Origin: an uncultured delta proteobacterium
GTDB taxonomy: Bacteria; Desulfobacterota; Desulfobulbia; Desulfobulbales; Desulfocapsaceae
Direction: 5' to 3'
Assembly: GCA_963776075.1 (NCBI GenBank)
Contig: CAVZLG010000010.1
Span: forward strand, 104,500-168,499
DNA: 64,000 bases
Shown here piece by piece: positions 53,727-63,307 of the stretch. The number at the start of each line of letters is the position of its first letter. The first letter of the stretch is position 1. Under the pieces are notes generated by a model that saw nothing but the letters and a program-made list of their open reading frames with translations, ran no database searches and was not told the origin of the DNA. The position numbers and the translations under genes were made by a program.

Positions 53727-54671
53727 TCATCTGATTATCAATTTCTGGCCGGGAAAAATCTTGTTGGCAGCACTCAGATTATTTTTTTCTCTTAAGGCCT
53801 CAATGCTGGTACCGGTTACAAGACTTATTCGATATAAATTTTCCCCCTTTTTAACCACATAATAAACCGGCTCTGCCACTGCTACTTTAGAATCCTGAGC
53901 AGTATCATTGTAATCAATTGAAATCGCCTTCGTCTTGTCACGTATTTCTTCTTCCAGGGTTTCCATAGACGTTGAGATAGACGAAAGTCTCGCCTGGAAA
54001 ATCAGCATCTGCTGATTAACAGACTGAATTTGACCCTCTATATTTGTTAATGTATCTTTGGAATCCTGAAGTAATGTTAACTGCAATTGTTGCTCATCCA
54101 TTCGTTCATATAGAGATGCTATCTCCGATGCTTTTTCTGTTTCATTGTCACCACGAGCAAACAGATAGAAGAACAGGAGAAGAACACAAAAGGACGATCC
54201 TGTGTATAGTGCAATTTTTTTAAGATTATTATATTGAGGTCTTCCCTGATCAATCTTTTGAGCTAACGACTCAGGTGCAATGTTATCCTCATACCATTCC
54301 GGGGCGAGATTACCTGAAAAGTACTTTAGATCTTCATTTGAAATATTCGTGAATTGAATCGCTACTGAATAAGCGTATTTTTTTTCAACAAGGTTTTTCA
54401 AAGGTGTGACATTAATTACCTCACCTTCCGCAGTAAGTACACTGCTGCAGTCATTTATTTCAATACCAAGACGAATAGTGTCGTGTACGTCAAGATGCTC
54501 AGGCAGGTGAAGCAACACCCCTCCCTGACTAATGTTTTTTACTATTCCCTGCTGCGTTTGATCATTGTTGATTATAGTAACAGGCCACCTGACCGTAGCC
54601 CGGGAAAATCTGCGCCTTTGATGCAGTCGCCTATCACCTGCTGAAGCAAACATATCAAATTCCTTTTCCAA
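53727..54671 (-). CDS. PilZ-TM-coiled-coil-LysM protein
   Basis: PilZ motifs RLHQR and NISQGG, one TM (FCVLLLFFYLF), and C-terminal LysM YYVVKKGENLYRISLVTGTSIEALREKNNL...PGQKLII. Confidence 0.75.
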   Translation of the reverse strand: MEKEFDMFASAGDRRLHQRRRFSRATVRWPVTIINNDQTQQGIVKNISQGGVLLHLPEHLDVHDTIRLGIEINDCSSVLTAEGEVINVTPLKNLVEKKYAYSVAIQFTNISNEDLKYFSGNLAPEWYEDNIAPESLAQKIDQGRPQYNNLKKIALYTGSSFCVLLLFFYLFARGDNETEKASEIASLYERMDEQQLQLTLLQDSKDTLTNIEGQIQSVNQQMLIFQARLSSISTSMETLEEEIRDKTKAISIDYNDTAQDSKVAVAEPVYYVVKKGENLYRISLVTGTSIEALREKNNLSAANKIFPGQKLIIR

Positions 54672-54983
54672 GATGCCCCCTTTACATACAGCTTGTGATA
54701 TTCAGATATTTATATCATTCTTAAAATACTGGATTTTAATATCATAATACAATGACCATTATATTATGCAATACCCTCTATATCGGCTGCATTGTTGATT
54801 CTATTTACCTCCATTTTTCTGCCATTCACTCGTTAGCCGGGGATGAGACGATCCCAATGTGCTGTAATTTGATCTCTTTCATGTTGTTGCCCCTGTTACT
54901 GGTTTCATCGATTACAATATGATAAACTGACACCTGAATTCAAACTTTCCTCACAATTAAACTGTTACCTGCGAGATGGTACG

Positions 54984-55217
54984 ATGAGCATACCAAAAGT
55001 ATACATTATTATCTTAGTGGCGGCACTATTAGCGCTGAGCGTCTCATGCTCTGATAACGAAGATTCGAACGAGAAAAGTGCTATCAGAAAATCAACGGAT
55101 AAAATCGCCCAGGAAGCAACGGAAATGATTAAAAACCCAATTAATGAGGCGAAAGAAGTTGCAGAATTAAGCACCGATCGTGCCCATCAGTTTGAAAAAG
55201 CAACGACGCAGGAATAG
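54984..55217 (+). CDS. small lipoprotein (77 aa)
   Basis: Lipobox LALSVSC after a hydrophobic signal; charged helical remainder. Confidence 0.55.
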   Translation: MSIPKVYIIILVAALLALSVSCSDNEDSNEKSAIRKSTDKIAQEATEMIKNPINEAKEVAELSTDRAHQFEKATTQE

Positions 55218-55226
55218 ACCCCTTAA

Positions 55227-55778
55227 TTATTGCTCCCCGATTATTGAATCGAATACCTGATGCATTTTTTTTGTATTCCAGTTTCGATAACCGGTAGACC
55301 GAAGAACTGCTTTGCCCTGTTTATCAATAAGGAAGGCTGTGGGAAGTCCAAACACTGAAAATTTCTCACTAACCACTCCCTCTCGGTCAATCAGCACGCT
55401 AAACGAATATTTATTACGCAGCATAAAGGACGCTGCTTGCTCTTTAGACTCCCTGGTATTAATCATTAAAATTTTCAAACCGTTATCATGATATTTCTTT
55501 TCTAACTGCTCCAGGAAAGGCATCTCCTTCCTACACGAGCTTCACCAGGTTGTCCAAAACCCGATAAAGACGGCTGAACCACGATAATCGCTGAGACGTA
55601 CTGTATTTCCATCCAGGTCCAGGAGAGAGAAATCAGAAACGAGTTTACGATTTTCCCGTGGCCGCAACTCTACCGCTGATTCAGTGTACGTTGCCAAGAA
55701 CGGCTGAATATAGCTTTGCCAGGAGTAACTGAGGGCCCCCATTACTATTATCAATATGAATATCGTTCTTTTTTTCAA
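55227..55778 (-). CDS. TlpA/ResA-like thiol:disulfide oxidoreductase, predicted selenoprotein (U-x-x-C redox motif)
   Basis: The ORF track splits it at TGA 55542-55544. Read-through gives ...AVFIGFWTTW-U-SSCRKEMPFLEQLEKKY... in one frame. Signal anchor (M)KKRTIFILIIVMGALS from TTG 55778, with GGAG upstream (alternative start 55826). Confidence 0.7.
55513..55532 (-). promoter_or_regulatory. candidate bacterial SECIS hairpin
   Basis: AGGAAGG-AGAUG-CCUUUCCU (one bulged U), starting 9 nt after the UGA. Confidence 0.4.
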
Positions 55779-55822
55779 AAAGCGTTCTCCTGTTGATTGA
55801 GCCTTCAGTGACGTATTCGGCC

Positions 55823-56203
55823 TCAATTGTTGAAAATATAACCTGATACGCGTAATGCCTTCTGGGCAGGTTGTAGTTTTTCTGTCTGTACCAAAATGTA
55901 ATCTGTATCATACGTTGATATTGCAAAAATGCTTACTTCTGCTTCGGCCAGGATTGATGAAATATCTGCCAGAACACCTGTCAAAGAAAAATCCAAGACA
56001 CCTGCTATTTTAATACAAGACCAGCCTGATTCTGATTTCTCTGAATTCATTTGGGTAGAAGAATCACAGACTATTGATAACTCGTCCTCTGTTCTGCTGA
56101 TGGAATAGAATTTACTCCCATAGACCTGATTCGGAATGCCATGATCTGGTGGAAATCTATGAATGGTAAATCGGTTTTCGAGAATGCTTAGTTGTAATTT
56201 CAT
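55823..56203 (-). CDS. ACT-domain protein
   Basis: 126 aa; ...WSCIKIAGVLDFSLTGVLADISSILAEAEVSIFAISTYDTDYILV is the ACT_7-type pattern. Confidence 0.65.
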   Translation of the reverse strand: MKLQLSILENRFTIHRFPPDHGIPNQVYGSKFYSISRTEDELSIVCDSSTQMNSEKSESGWSCIKIAGVLDFSLTGVLADISSILAEAEVSIFAISTYDTDYILVQTEKLQPAQKALRVSGYIFNN

Positions 56204-56375
56204 CTGTAACCTTTAATTGGGCTGTTAACTAAAACCGAAGATCTGCAAAAAGCCCCCCCAGAGCGATTATCCAGGAACCAGACGCTCCCCATGAACAATT
56301 ATCAAAAAAATATTGCACGGAGACACCCCGGAGAGAGAACACAATACTGATAACTGGTGCAAGCAGCCGAGTTCC

Positions 56376-57359
56376 TTACTGCTCTTTAAATGAAAGCTCT
56401 TTTCTATTGATCAGGCCGTAACTACCGCCTTGCCCCTGCTTTCTGTCACCATCATCGCAGACAAAGAGGAGATAGGGTAATCCTTCATATTGAACAATTG
56501 CAATGCCTTCAATATTTTTAAGGCCTTTCATTTTGGCCCACTCGACCCTGGCAGGCTTATTGTTCATTTTACTATCCCAAACCCATATCCGAGAGCGGAG
56601 TTTACCTTTCTTATTCTGAGATTCCCCTGCAAAGTAGTACTGATCATGTATCTTTTCATAAGCAATTGCTCGAATACCGCCACCTTCCAGATCCAGTGAA
56701 ATTATTTTGGGGTCGAATTTCGGTTTCTGTTTTTTACTGAAAAGATCATAAGGATTTAACAGGGACAGCATCAGTGCTCTATCTTGGTAAAGGGGCGTTC
56801 GTAAACCAATGAGCAATGTTTCTTTTACGTGGTTATAAGCGATCCCCTCTATATTGATTTCATCAATCTCATCTTTGCTAAGATTCAGGGACTCCTGAAG
56901 TTGTTTCTGGATGTATGGGAGAAGATCGTCAACCACTTGTAAATGAGATATATGCTGCCCTCGTATCTCGACTTTTAAAAGTTGTTCGCGTGATTTTGAT
57001 CGCTTGTCTTTCTTTGTTGCCGAATGTGAAGTTATAAGGAAAACATCCCCCTTGCCACCCTCCGTGATACCCTCAAGGTCTTTAGCTTTGATCTTATCAC
57101 CGGTAATTGCCTTTGGTGATAAAAGTAGTTCACCTTTTTCAGATGTTATGGAAAAAAGCTGAAGAGGATGATCGCCCTCATCTTCAACGATGAGCACGCT
57201 GCCATCAATAATTTGAATGGCATCAGAGGGTTCATAAATATTTGAAAATGAGAGATTAGATTGCGACCAGGCCGGTGTCGCACACTGGAGAATAAAGCCC
57301 GAGAATGCAACGACAAGAAACACACTGAGAAGACTGATCTGAATTATAGACTGGTTCAT
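56376..57359 (-). CDS. secreted hypothetical protein (possibly DUF3616/phytase-like beta-propeller)
   Basis: Signal peptide ...ATPAWSQ and recurrent D(L/I)EGI motifs. Family assignment is tentative. Confidence 0.45.
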   Translation of the reverse strand: MNQSIIQISLLSVFLVVAFSGFILQCATPAWSQSNLSFSNIYEPSDAIQIIDGSVLIVEDEGDHPLQLFSITSEKGELLLSPKAITGDKIKAKDLEGITEGGKGDVFLITSHSATKKDKRSKSREQLLKVEIRGQHISHLQVVDDLLPYIQKQLQESLNLSKDEIDEINIEGIAYNHVKETLLIGLRTPLYQDRALMLSLLNPYDLFSKKQKPKFDPKIISLDLEGGGIRAIAYEKIHDQYYFAGESQNKKGKLRSRIWVWDSKMNNKPARVEWAKMKGLKNIEGIAIVQYEGLPYLLFVCDDGDRKQGQGGSYGLINRKELSFKEQ

Positions 57360-57386
57360 AAGATTCGAGTGATTGAGTTAATAGAT

Positions 57387-57412
57387 TGAGCCGCTTGCAA
57401 AACGCCCTTTTC
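57387..57412. repeat. left copy of a perfect 26-bp inverted repeat
   Basis: TGAGCCGCTTGCAAAACGCCCTTTTC is the exact reverse complement of 61469..61494. Confidence 0.9.
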
Positions 57413-57611
57413 ACTATCAGTACTGGTGAGATTTTCAAATCTTCACCAGTACTCAGAAAAAATCACACATTTTTTTTCTAGATAAGTTTGTCAGTCAGCG
57501 CACATGAGTGCTAAACTAAAAAAATGAAAGTGATTTTTCGGCGGTTATGAAAGAGAAATTACCAAAAAAATGGATAAATGAGAAGTGTCATAAATAGATT
57601 AGGGGGGAGGA

Positions 57612-57953
57612 ATGGACTACATAGAATTTATTACAAAATATAACTCAAATGAAATATCTGTTGATATTGACAAAAAAAAGGCAGGTTTGATGTACAAGCA
57701 GCCAGACCTTATGCCGGAAGATCTAAAAGCAAAACAATCCATGATTAGAAACGTTGGATTTGGTGGCTTAGTTATTGGTGCTGCACTATTTTTCTTTTCC
57801 CCCTGGTGGCTAGCTACCGGCGTATTAGCCCTATCTTTATTAGCATTTCCCCAAGCACAAAAAACTGCTGCTCAAGGTATCTTGAGAGCCTCACTCACAA
57901 ACCCGGATATATATGAAACAGCATTACAAAACCAAGTTATAAGAATAAAATAA
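57612..57953 (+). CDS. hypothetical 2-TM protein
   Basis: 113 aa. GGGGGAGG RBS. TM pair GFGGLVIGAALFFFSPWWLATGVLALSLLAF. Confidence 0.45.
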   Translation: MDYIEFITKYNSNEISVDIDKKKAGLMYKQPDLMPEDLKAKQSMIRNVGFGGLVIGAALFFFSPWWLATGVLALSLLAFPQAQKTAAQGILRASLTNPDIYETALQNQVIRIK

Positions 57954-58189
57954 AACAGATGGCAACAAGCTTCGCGCTGATTGTCGGTCAAATCTTGGCA
58001 ATCAGCTCGCTTCACGCAACAATCCATAGAAACCCAAGCTCAATGGCTGAGTTCAGAAGCTCGACAGTTAAGAAAAATAACGAAGCAATAACCATCTCCT
58101 GGGCACCGCCACCTGCATAAAACCATACCATACACCCAAATTATCGTAACTCTAAGCTCCGATATCACAAGCGAGTATGTCTATATCGT

Positions 58190-60130
58190 CTAATGTGTTG
58201 ATTTACTCCATAATCTATCAGCCAGTTCGAGTTGATGGGTGGCATTAATGAATTTTAGCAATGTTGCAGACCTTTGATGGTTATCACCATTATTTCCCAA
58301 TCTTTGGATTTTCTGGTCATTAATTATAAAAAGTTCCTTCTGATCGCCAATAAAGCCGACACCAACATCATGATACTCCTTGGCGTTCTGCTCATACATC
58401 GATGTACCGAGGAACGAATTTCTAACGTTGCCAAAGTCCAGATAATGAGCCAGAGAGGGCGCGAAATCAAGGCTTGTAGAATTATGAACATTATACTTTT
58501 TGGGCAAGATCCGGGTAGGATCAAAGAGAATGTAAGGGATTTTATCGAAAAAGAATCCCTGATAATTCGGGTCATCAAAAGCCTTTACAAACGGTTTTTC
58601 CGGATAGTGACAGTGGTCAGCGGTAAAGATAACGATGCTGTTTTTTGAATATGGGGATTTTTTAAAATAGGCCCAAAAATGACCAAACGCCCTATCGAAC
58701 GAATGAATATTATTTAATACATAGTTCTCCCCATTCCCATACTTCACCACATCTTCTTCTTGTTTTAGAAATGCATGAGTACCGAAATTATAAATCCCGA
58801 GAAAAAAGGGCCTGTTCTTCTCTTTTTTTTCGAAACGTTCTTCAAGAAAGCCAACGAAACCATTAAAAAATTGTTTATCCGAAAATGCGTCTTTACCCCC
58901 CGCAGGTTCGGCACCGCCCAGATATCTCTCAGATAATTCATCACCTGTTAAAACGGTCATAAAGCCGAGTTTACTTATCATTTCATCTACCCGAGAGACA
59001 TGCCTTTTATGATGTGAATCGAGAAATATTGTTTCGTAGTTCCTTTCTTTAAATAATTCAGCGATACTGAGATACTTGTTTTTTTTGAGATCCTCATACT
59101 CTGTTTGCCAGCCATTGCCTCCATTGATGGGGAATAGTGAGCAGAGCTGACCGAGAAGTCCACGATATGTTGCGGCTGTATGATTATAATAATTATGGAC
59201 GACCATCGATGACTGTGCAAAATCGTCTATATTCGGCGTAATGTCAGGAAATTTAGCCCCATATACCCCAAGTGACCGGGCTGATATTCCTTCTGAAAAA
59301 ACAACAATGATATTTGGCTTATCGGACATATGGTGTTTCACAGGGAACGGAGATTGACCATTGTAAATGGTTTCTTTGATAAGTGGAAATCTACTCGTTG
59401 AATCATAGTGAAATCCGAATTTCTTGATTTCCTTCAGCTCTCCTTCAGTGAAAGTCACACTTATTTTTTTTGAAAGACCATATCTATCAACAATTACGTT
59501 ATAAAACGAAGAAACTGGACCATTGTCTTTAAATAAATCATATTCAAAATATTTGTTATTATACTTAAATGATTTATTATAAAACCAGTTATTATTATTG
59601 AATATAGCCATCAAAATTACTAAAAAAGACAATATAAAAATATATTTATAGCTAATATTAGATTCAATATTTTTTTCTGTTTTTTCAACATAAAATATAA
59701 ATAATGAATATATAATCGTTATAAATATAATGGAAAATATAACATATCTATTAATAAATATATATATATGGTCACTATTTTCTATTGCTAATCTTGAAAT
59801 ATAAATTCCACTTTCTTGTATAGATAGAAGTTGTAATAAATATAAAATAATAAAAAATGAAGAAAATATATAAGAAATTATTCTTAATATAAAATATTTA
59901 TAAAAAAATAATTCAATTATTATCAATAAAACTAATAATTCTGCTAAAAATAAATCAAATATATTAAAATATAAAAATATTCTATTAGTTAAATTACCTG
60001 AGGCACCTATGTTTAAGTGAAAATAAAAACCGAATATAACCAACCCGGTAAATAAGGTCATAAATGAAAAGAATATGATTCTTGTCACGTTAGCTCCATT
60101 CAGAAATCTAAAAAAAATAATATTCCTCAT
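58190..60130 (-). CDS. LTA-synthase/phosphoglycerol-transferase family sulfatase-domain membrane protein
   Basis: Five or more TM in an extremely AT-rich N-terminus, then a sulfatase domain (KPNIIVVFSEGISARSLGVYG...FTADHCH). Confidence 0.75.
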   Translation of the reverse strand: MRNIIFFRFLNGANVTRIIFFSFMTLFTGLVIFGFYFHLNIGASGNLTNRIFLYFNIFDLFLAELLVLLIIIELFFYKYFILRIISYIFSSFFIILYLLQLLSIQESGIYISRLAIENSDHIYIFINRYVIFSIIFITIIYSLFIFYVEKTEKNIESNISYKYIFILSFLVILMAIFNNNNWFYNKSFKYNNKYFEYDLFKDNGPVSSFYNVIVDRYGLSKKISVTFTEGELKEIKKFGFHYDSTSRFPLIKETIYNGQSPFPVKHHMSDKPNIIVVFSEGISARSLGVYGAKFPDITPNIDDFAQSSMVVHNYYNHTAATYRGLLGQLCSLFPINGGNGWQTEYEDLKKNKYLSIAELFKERNYETIFLDSHHKRHVSRVDEMISKLGFMTVLTGDELSERYLGGAEPAGGKDAFSDKQFFNGFVGFLEERFEKKEKNRPFFLGIYNFGTHAFLKQEEDVVKYGNGENYVLNNIHSFDRAFGHFWAYFKKSPYSKNSIVIFTADHCHYPEKPFVKAFDDPNYQGFFFDKIPYILFDPTRILPKKYNVHNSTSLDFAPSLAHYLDFGNVRNSFLGTSMYEQNAKEYHDVGVGFIGDQKELFIINDQKIQRLGNNGDNHQRSATLLKFINATHQLELADRLWSKSTH

Positions 60131-60714
60131 ATTTTTAAATCTATTACTTTTATAGTCTGCAATATAACGTGGTATCTCGGCATAGTAATACTATCCTTAC
60201 AACTCCAAGGCCAATTGTGAAATGGTCATTGTCGGTACCATCGCATGCACTTTAATGCAGATGCCGGATATATTGGCACCAGCTTAATGCTCGATTTCAT
60301 CAACGAGCAAGACTCTTTATGAACCCATTCTTCTACACTATGTATCCTTATCAATATAATTGTTTAATATCAATTTCCACGAAGCCGGAATCGCCCCTCA
60401 GGTTAATAATTCTATTATCACCCACCAACTCGAGATTAAATCAAGAATCTACTGCGCATAATTTCTTATCAACTAATCTTTATGAAATATTGAATTAAGT
60501 TAACTGCAAGAGAATAAACAAAGGTAACCTTTCAATGTTACTGAAAAATGCTTACAGATATGATGAAGGTCGCGGTGGTGAAAAACTATCTGACTGGAAA
60601 AACACCACTTAAAAGCATTATTGGTAAATTGTAATGAGATAGAAAGAAGACTGATTACCTACGAAATGTCCTTTTTTGAGTAATCTAGAAAATAGAAAAG
60701 GAGACGCCTCAGCT

Positions 60715-60999
60715 ATGAATAAATCAGACCTCGTAGAACTATTGTCACAAGAATTGGATCTCTCTGTCAAAGAAACTTCCAGTACCATAAATATCATTCT
60801 GGATTCTATGACAGAAGCACTCTCAAAGGGTGAAAATATCGAAATAAGGGGATTTGGTAGTTTTACTGTTAAAAATTATGACTCCTATATTGGCAGAAAT
60901 CCAAAAACTGGAGAAAAAATCACCGTTAAGGCCAAGAAAGCACCGGTCTTCAAAGTTGGAAAGGAGCTAAGGCGTGCTGTTGATGGTGGTGGAAAATAA
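60715..60999 (+). CDS. ihfB: IHF-beta/HU family DNA-bending protein
   Basis: MNKSDLVELLS...GENIEIRGFGSFTVK...GRNPKTGEKITVKAKKAPVFKVGKELR. AAAGGAG RBS. Confidence 0.8.
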   Translation: MNKSDLVELLSQELDLSVKETSSTINIILDSMTEALSKGENIEIRGFGSFTVKNYDSYIGRNPKTGEKITVKAKKAPVFKVGKELRRAVDGGGK

Positions 61000-61448
61000 A
61001 TGCCCCCCCGCACGGCACTGTTAGTTGGTGCAACAGGGCTGATTAGAGGTTACTGCCTACAAACGCTTTGTGATGCCTCTTACTATTCAGAAGTCACCAC
61101 TCTCGTTAGAAAACCACTCCTCAAAACTCATCGTAAGCTGAAGAAAGTCATAACCACGTTTGATAATCTTGAACACGAAACTATCATCCATACAGGCTCA
61201 CGATGTTTATTGCTGCTTAGGAACGACAATCAAGAATGCAGGATCTCAAGAAGCATTCAAAAAAATCGATTCCTCTCTTGTTGTTACGATAGCGAAGTTG
61301 ATGGGCTCTTCCGGAAAACGAGTACCTCAATGCTGTAATCATCATTCAGTTGAGCCTTTTGCAAAATGATGATTTTCGTTCAACGTCAAGGCATGTGAAA
61401 AATTTTTACCGCAGGCATATAATTGATATTCCGAGGATAAAAATTTAA
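61000..61448 (+). pseudogene. decayed NAD(P)H-binding (atypical SDR, HTATIP2/YbjT-like) gene with at least two frameshifts
   Basis: Frame 1: MPPRTALLVGATGLIRGYCLQTL.... Frame 2: AHDVYCCLGTTIKNAGSQEAFKKID.... Frame 3: ...VKNFYRRHIIDIP. No frame is intact. Confidence 0.6.
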
Positions 61449-61468
61449 GTATAACGTAGAGGTTGAGC

Positions 61469-61494
61469 GAAAAGGGCGTTTTGCAAGCGGCTCA
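61469..61494. repeat. right copy of the perfect 26-bp inverted repeat
   Basis: GAAAAGGGCGTTTTGCAAGCGGCTCA. Confidence 0.9.
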
Positions 61495-61568
61495 GTTATC
61501 TATAAAAATGATTCTTGACAGGCTCTCGCAGCATTTCCTTTTTCCAGCATCATCAGCGGCTGAGATTC

Positions 61569-63242
61569 TCAATGGCCGGCCATCATTGCTTCGACGTCTT
61601 CTTCCGGAGTTGTAATGGGTTTAATGTCAAATTTTTCGATTAAAAGATTTGCCACGTTGGGAGACAGAAAACCTGGAAGTGTTGGTCCGAGACGTATCCC
61701 CTTTACCCCCAGAGAAAGCAATGCCAGGAGCACAAGAACGGCCTTCTGCTCGTACCAGGCGATATCAAAGGAAAGGGGGAGTTCGTTAAGGTCGGAGAGG
61801 CCGAAAGCTTTTTGTAATTCGAGAGCGATAACTGCCAAGGAGTAGGAATCGTTGCACTGACCAGCATCTAGTACTCTGGGGATACCGCCAATATCGCCAA
61901 GATCAAGTTTGAGATATTTGTATTTCGCACAACCCGCGGTCAGGATCACCGCATCTTTGGGCAACTGTTGTGCCACCTGCGTGTAATACTCCCGCGTCTT
62001 ATGACGTCCATCACAGCCTGCCATAACCACAAAGCGTTTTATCGCTCCGGATTTCACCGCCTCAATAATTTTGTCTTTGAGCGCCAGCACCTGATTGTGA
62101 CCAAAACCTCCGACAATCGTTCCAGATTCGAGTTTTTCAGGAGGTTTGCATATCAATGCTTTCTCGATTATTTGTGAAAAATCCTTCATCTCACCAGCCT
62201 GACGATCCGGGATGTGGGTGCACCCTTCAAATCCAACAGCTCCGGTGGTGAAAATCCGGTCCATGTGTTCTGGTTTGGGGGGGACAATGCAGTTTGACGT
62301 AAAAAGAACCGGACCATTAAACGAGTCAAGCTCTTTCTTCTGCATCCACCAGGCATTACCGTAGTTGCCAACCAGGTGGCTGTATTGTTTTAACTTGGGG
62401 TAGTAGTGGGCAGGTAGCATTTCACTATGCGTGTAGACATCGATACCTTTGTTCGTGGTTTGTTTCAGCAATTCATCGAGGTCAACCAGGTCGTGACCAG
62501 TAATGAGAATTCCTGGATTAGTCCCAACGCCAAGGTTGACGGTGGTCATTTCACACGTTCCGTAGCCTTCATTATTAGCTCGGTCAAGCAGAGCCATGGT
62601 CTCTACACCCATCTTACCAGTCTTCAATACCAAGGCCAAAAGGTCGTCATTGTTCAAGGCTGGATCAACCAGGTCGGCAAGTCCTTCCATAAGAAATTCA
62701 AAGATTTCACGACTATGCTTTTTCAGTTGGTAGGCATGTTCGGCATAAGCACAAAGTCCTTTCAATCCATACAGAATGGTAGCCTTCAGGGAACGCTCAT
62801 CTTCATCGATAATTTCCAGCCATCCTCCGGTACCACTTGATGCCTTGGAGAGAATTTCTGTCTCCTCTTCAAAAGACCATGTTGCGCATTCTGGAACAGT
62901 ACCGGCAAAATCATTACCGTGGGTGTTCTTATAGGCTTCCAACACCCTGTTTCTCAAACGATCTCGAAGAGCAATACTCTGTTTGATGAAACTGAGAAAG
63001 TCGCTTTTGCTGAAGTTTGCATTGGTGATAGTGGCAAACATTCCTTTGTCGATAAAAAAGGCAATCTCTTCATCGTAGATATCAAATGCCTTACCTTTGA
63101 CACCCCAGACAGATATGCCTTTGAGCGTCCAGATGAACAGATCCTGAAGATTAGCTACTTCTTCCTTCTTGCCACAGACTCCCTGGATGGTGCATCCAGT
63201 ATTCTTTGCAGTTTCCTGACACTGGTGACAAAACATAGACAT
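61569..63242 (-). CDS. hcp: hybrid-cluster protein (hydroxylamine reductase)
   Basis: N-terminal [23 protein letters not shown] cysteine motif; 557 aa. Confidence 0.95.
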   Translation of the reverse strand: MSMFCHQCQETAKNTGCTIQGVCGKKEEVANLQDLFIWTLKGISVWGVKGKAFDIYDEEIAFFIDKGMFATITNANFSKSDFLSFIKQSIALRDRLRNRVLEAYKNTHGNDFAGTVPECATWSFEEETEILSKASSGTGGWLEIIDEDERSLKATILYGLKGLCAYAEHAYQLKKHSREIFEFLMEGLADLVDPALNNDDLLALVLKTGKMGVETMALLDRANNEGYGTCEMTTVNLGVGTNPGILITGHDLVDLDELLKQTTNKGIDVYTHSEMLPAHYYPKLKQYSHLVGNYGNAWWMQKKELDSFNGPVLFTSNCIVPPKPEHMDRIFTTGAVGFEGCTHIPDRQAGEMKDFSQIIEKALICKPPEKLESGTIVGGFGHNQVLALKDKIIEAVKSGAIKRFVVMAGCDGRHKTREYYTQVAQQLPKDAVILTAGCAKYKYLKLDLGDIGGIPRVLDAGQCNDSYSLAVIALELQKAFGLSDLNELPLSFDIAWYEQKAVLVLLALLSLGVKGIRLGPTLPGFLSPNVANLLIEKFDIKPITTPEEDVEAMMAGH

Positions 63243-63307
63243 AGTCGTTCTCCTTTTGCTCTTATGGTTCGGTTAAGTGACTGAATATGGAGCCGCCATA
63301 ATCTGGG

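Noticed and set aside
57380-57412. The 26-bp repeat acting as a sigma70 promoter (its TTGCAA as a -35 element).
   Set aside because: The spacing to the best -10-like hexamers is 11-14 nt in both copies. The right copy points into the 3' end of hcp with no gene to drive.
57419-57455. Long imperfect hairpin (AGTACTGGTGA-GATTT ... AAATCTTCACCAGTACT) next to the left repeat, considered as a terminator.
   Set aside because: No U-tract adjoins it on either strand, and no upstream gene reads into it. It is noted only as structure adjacent to the island border.
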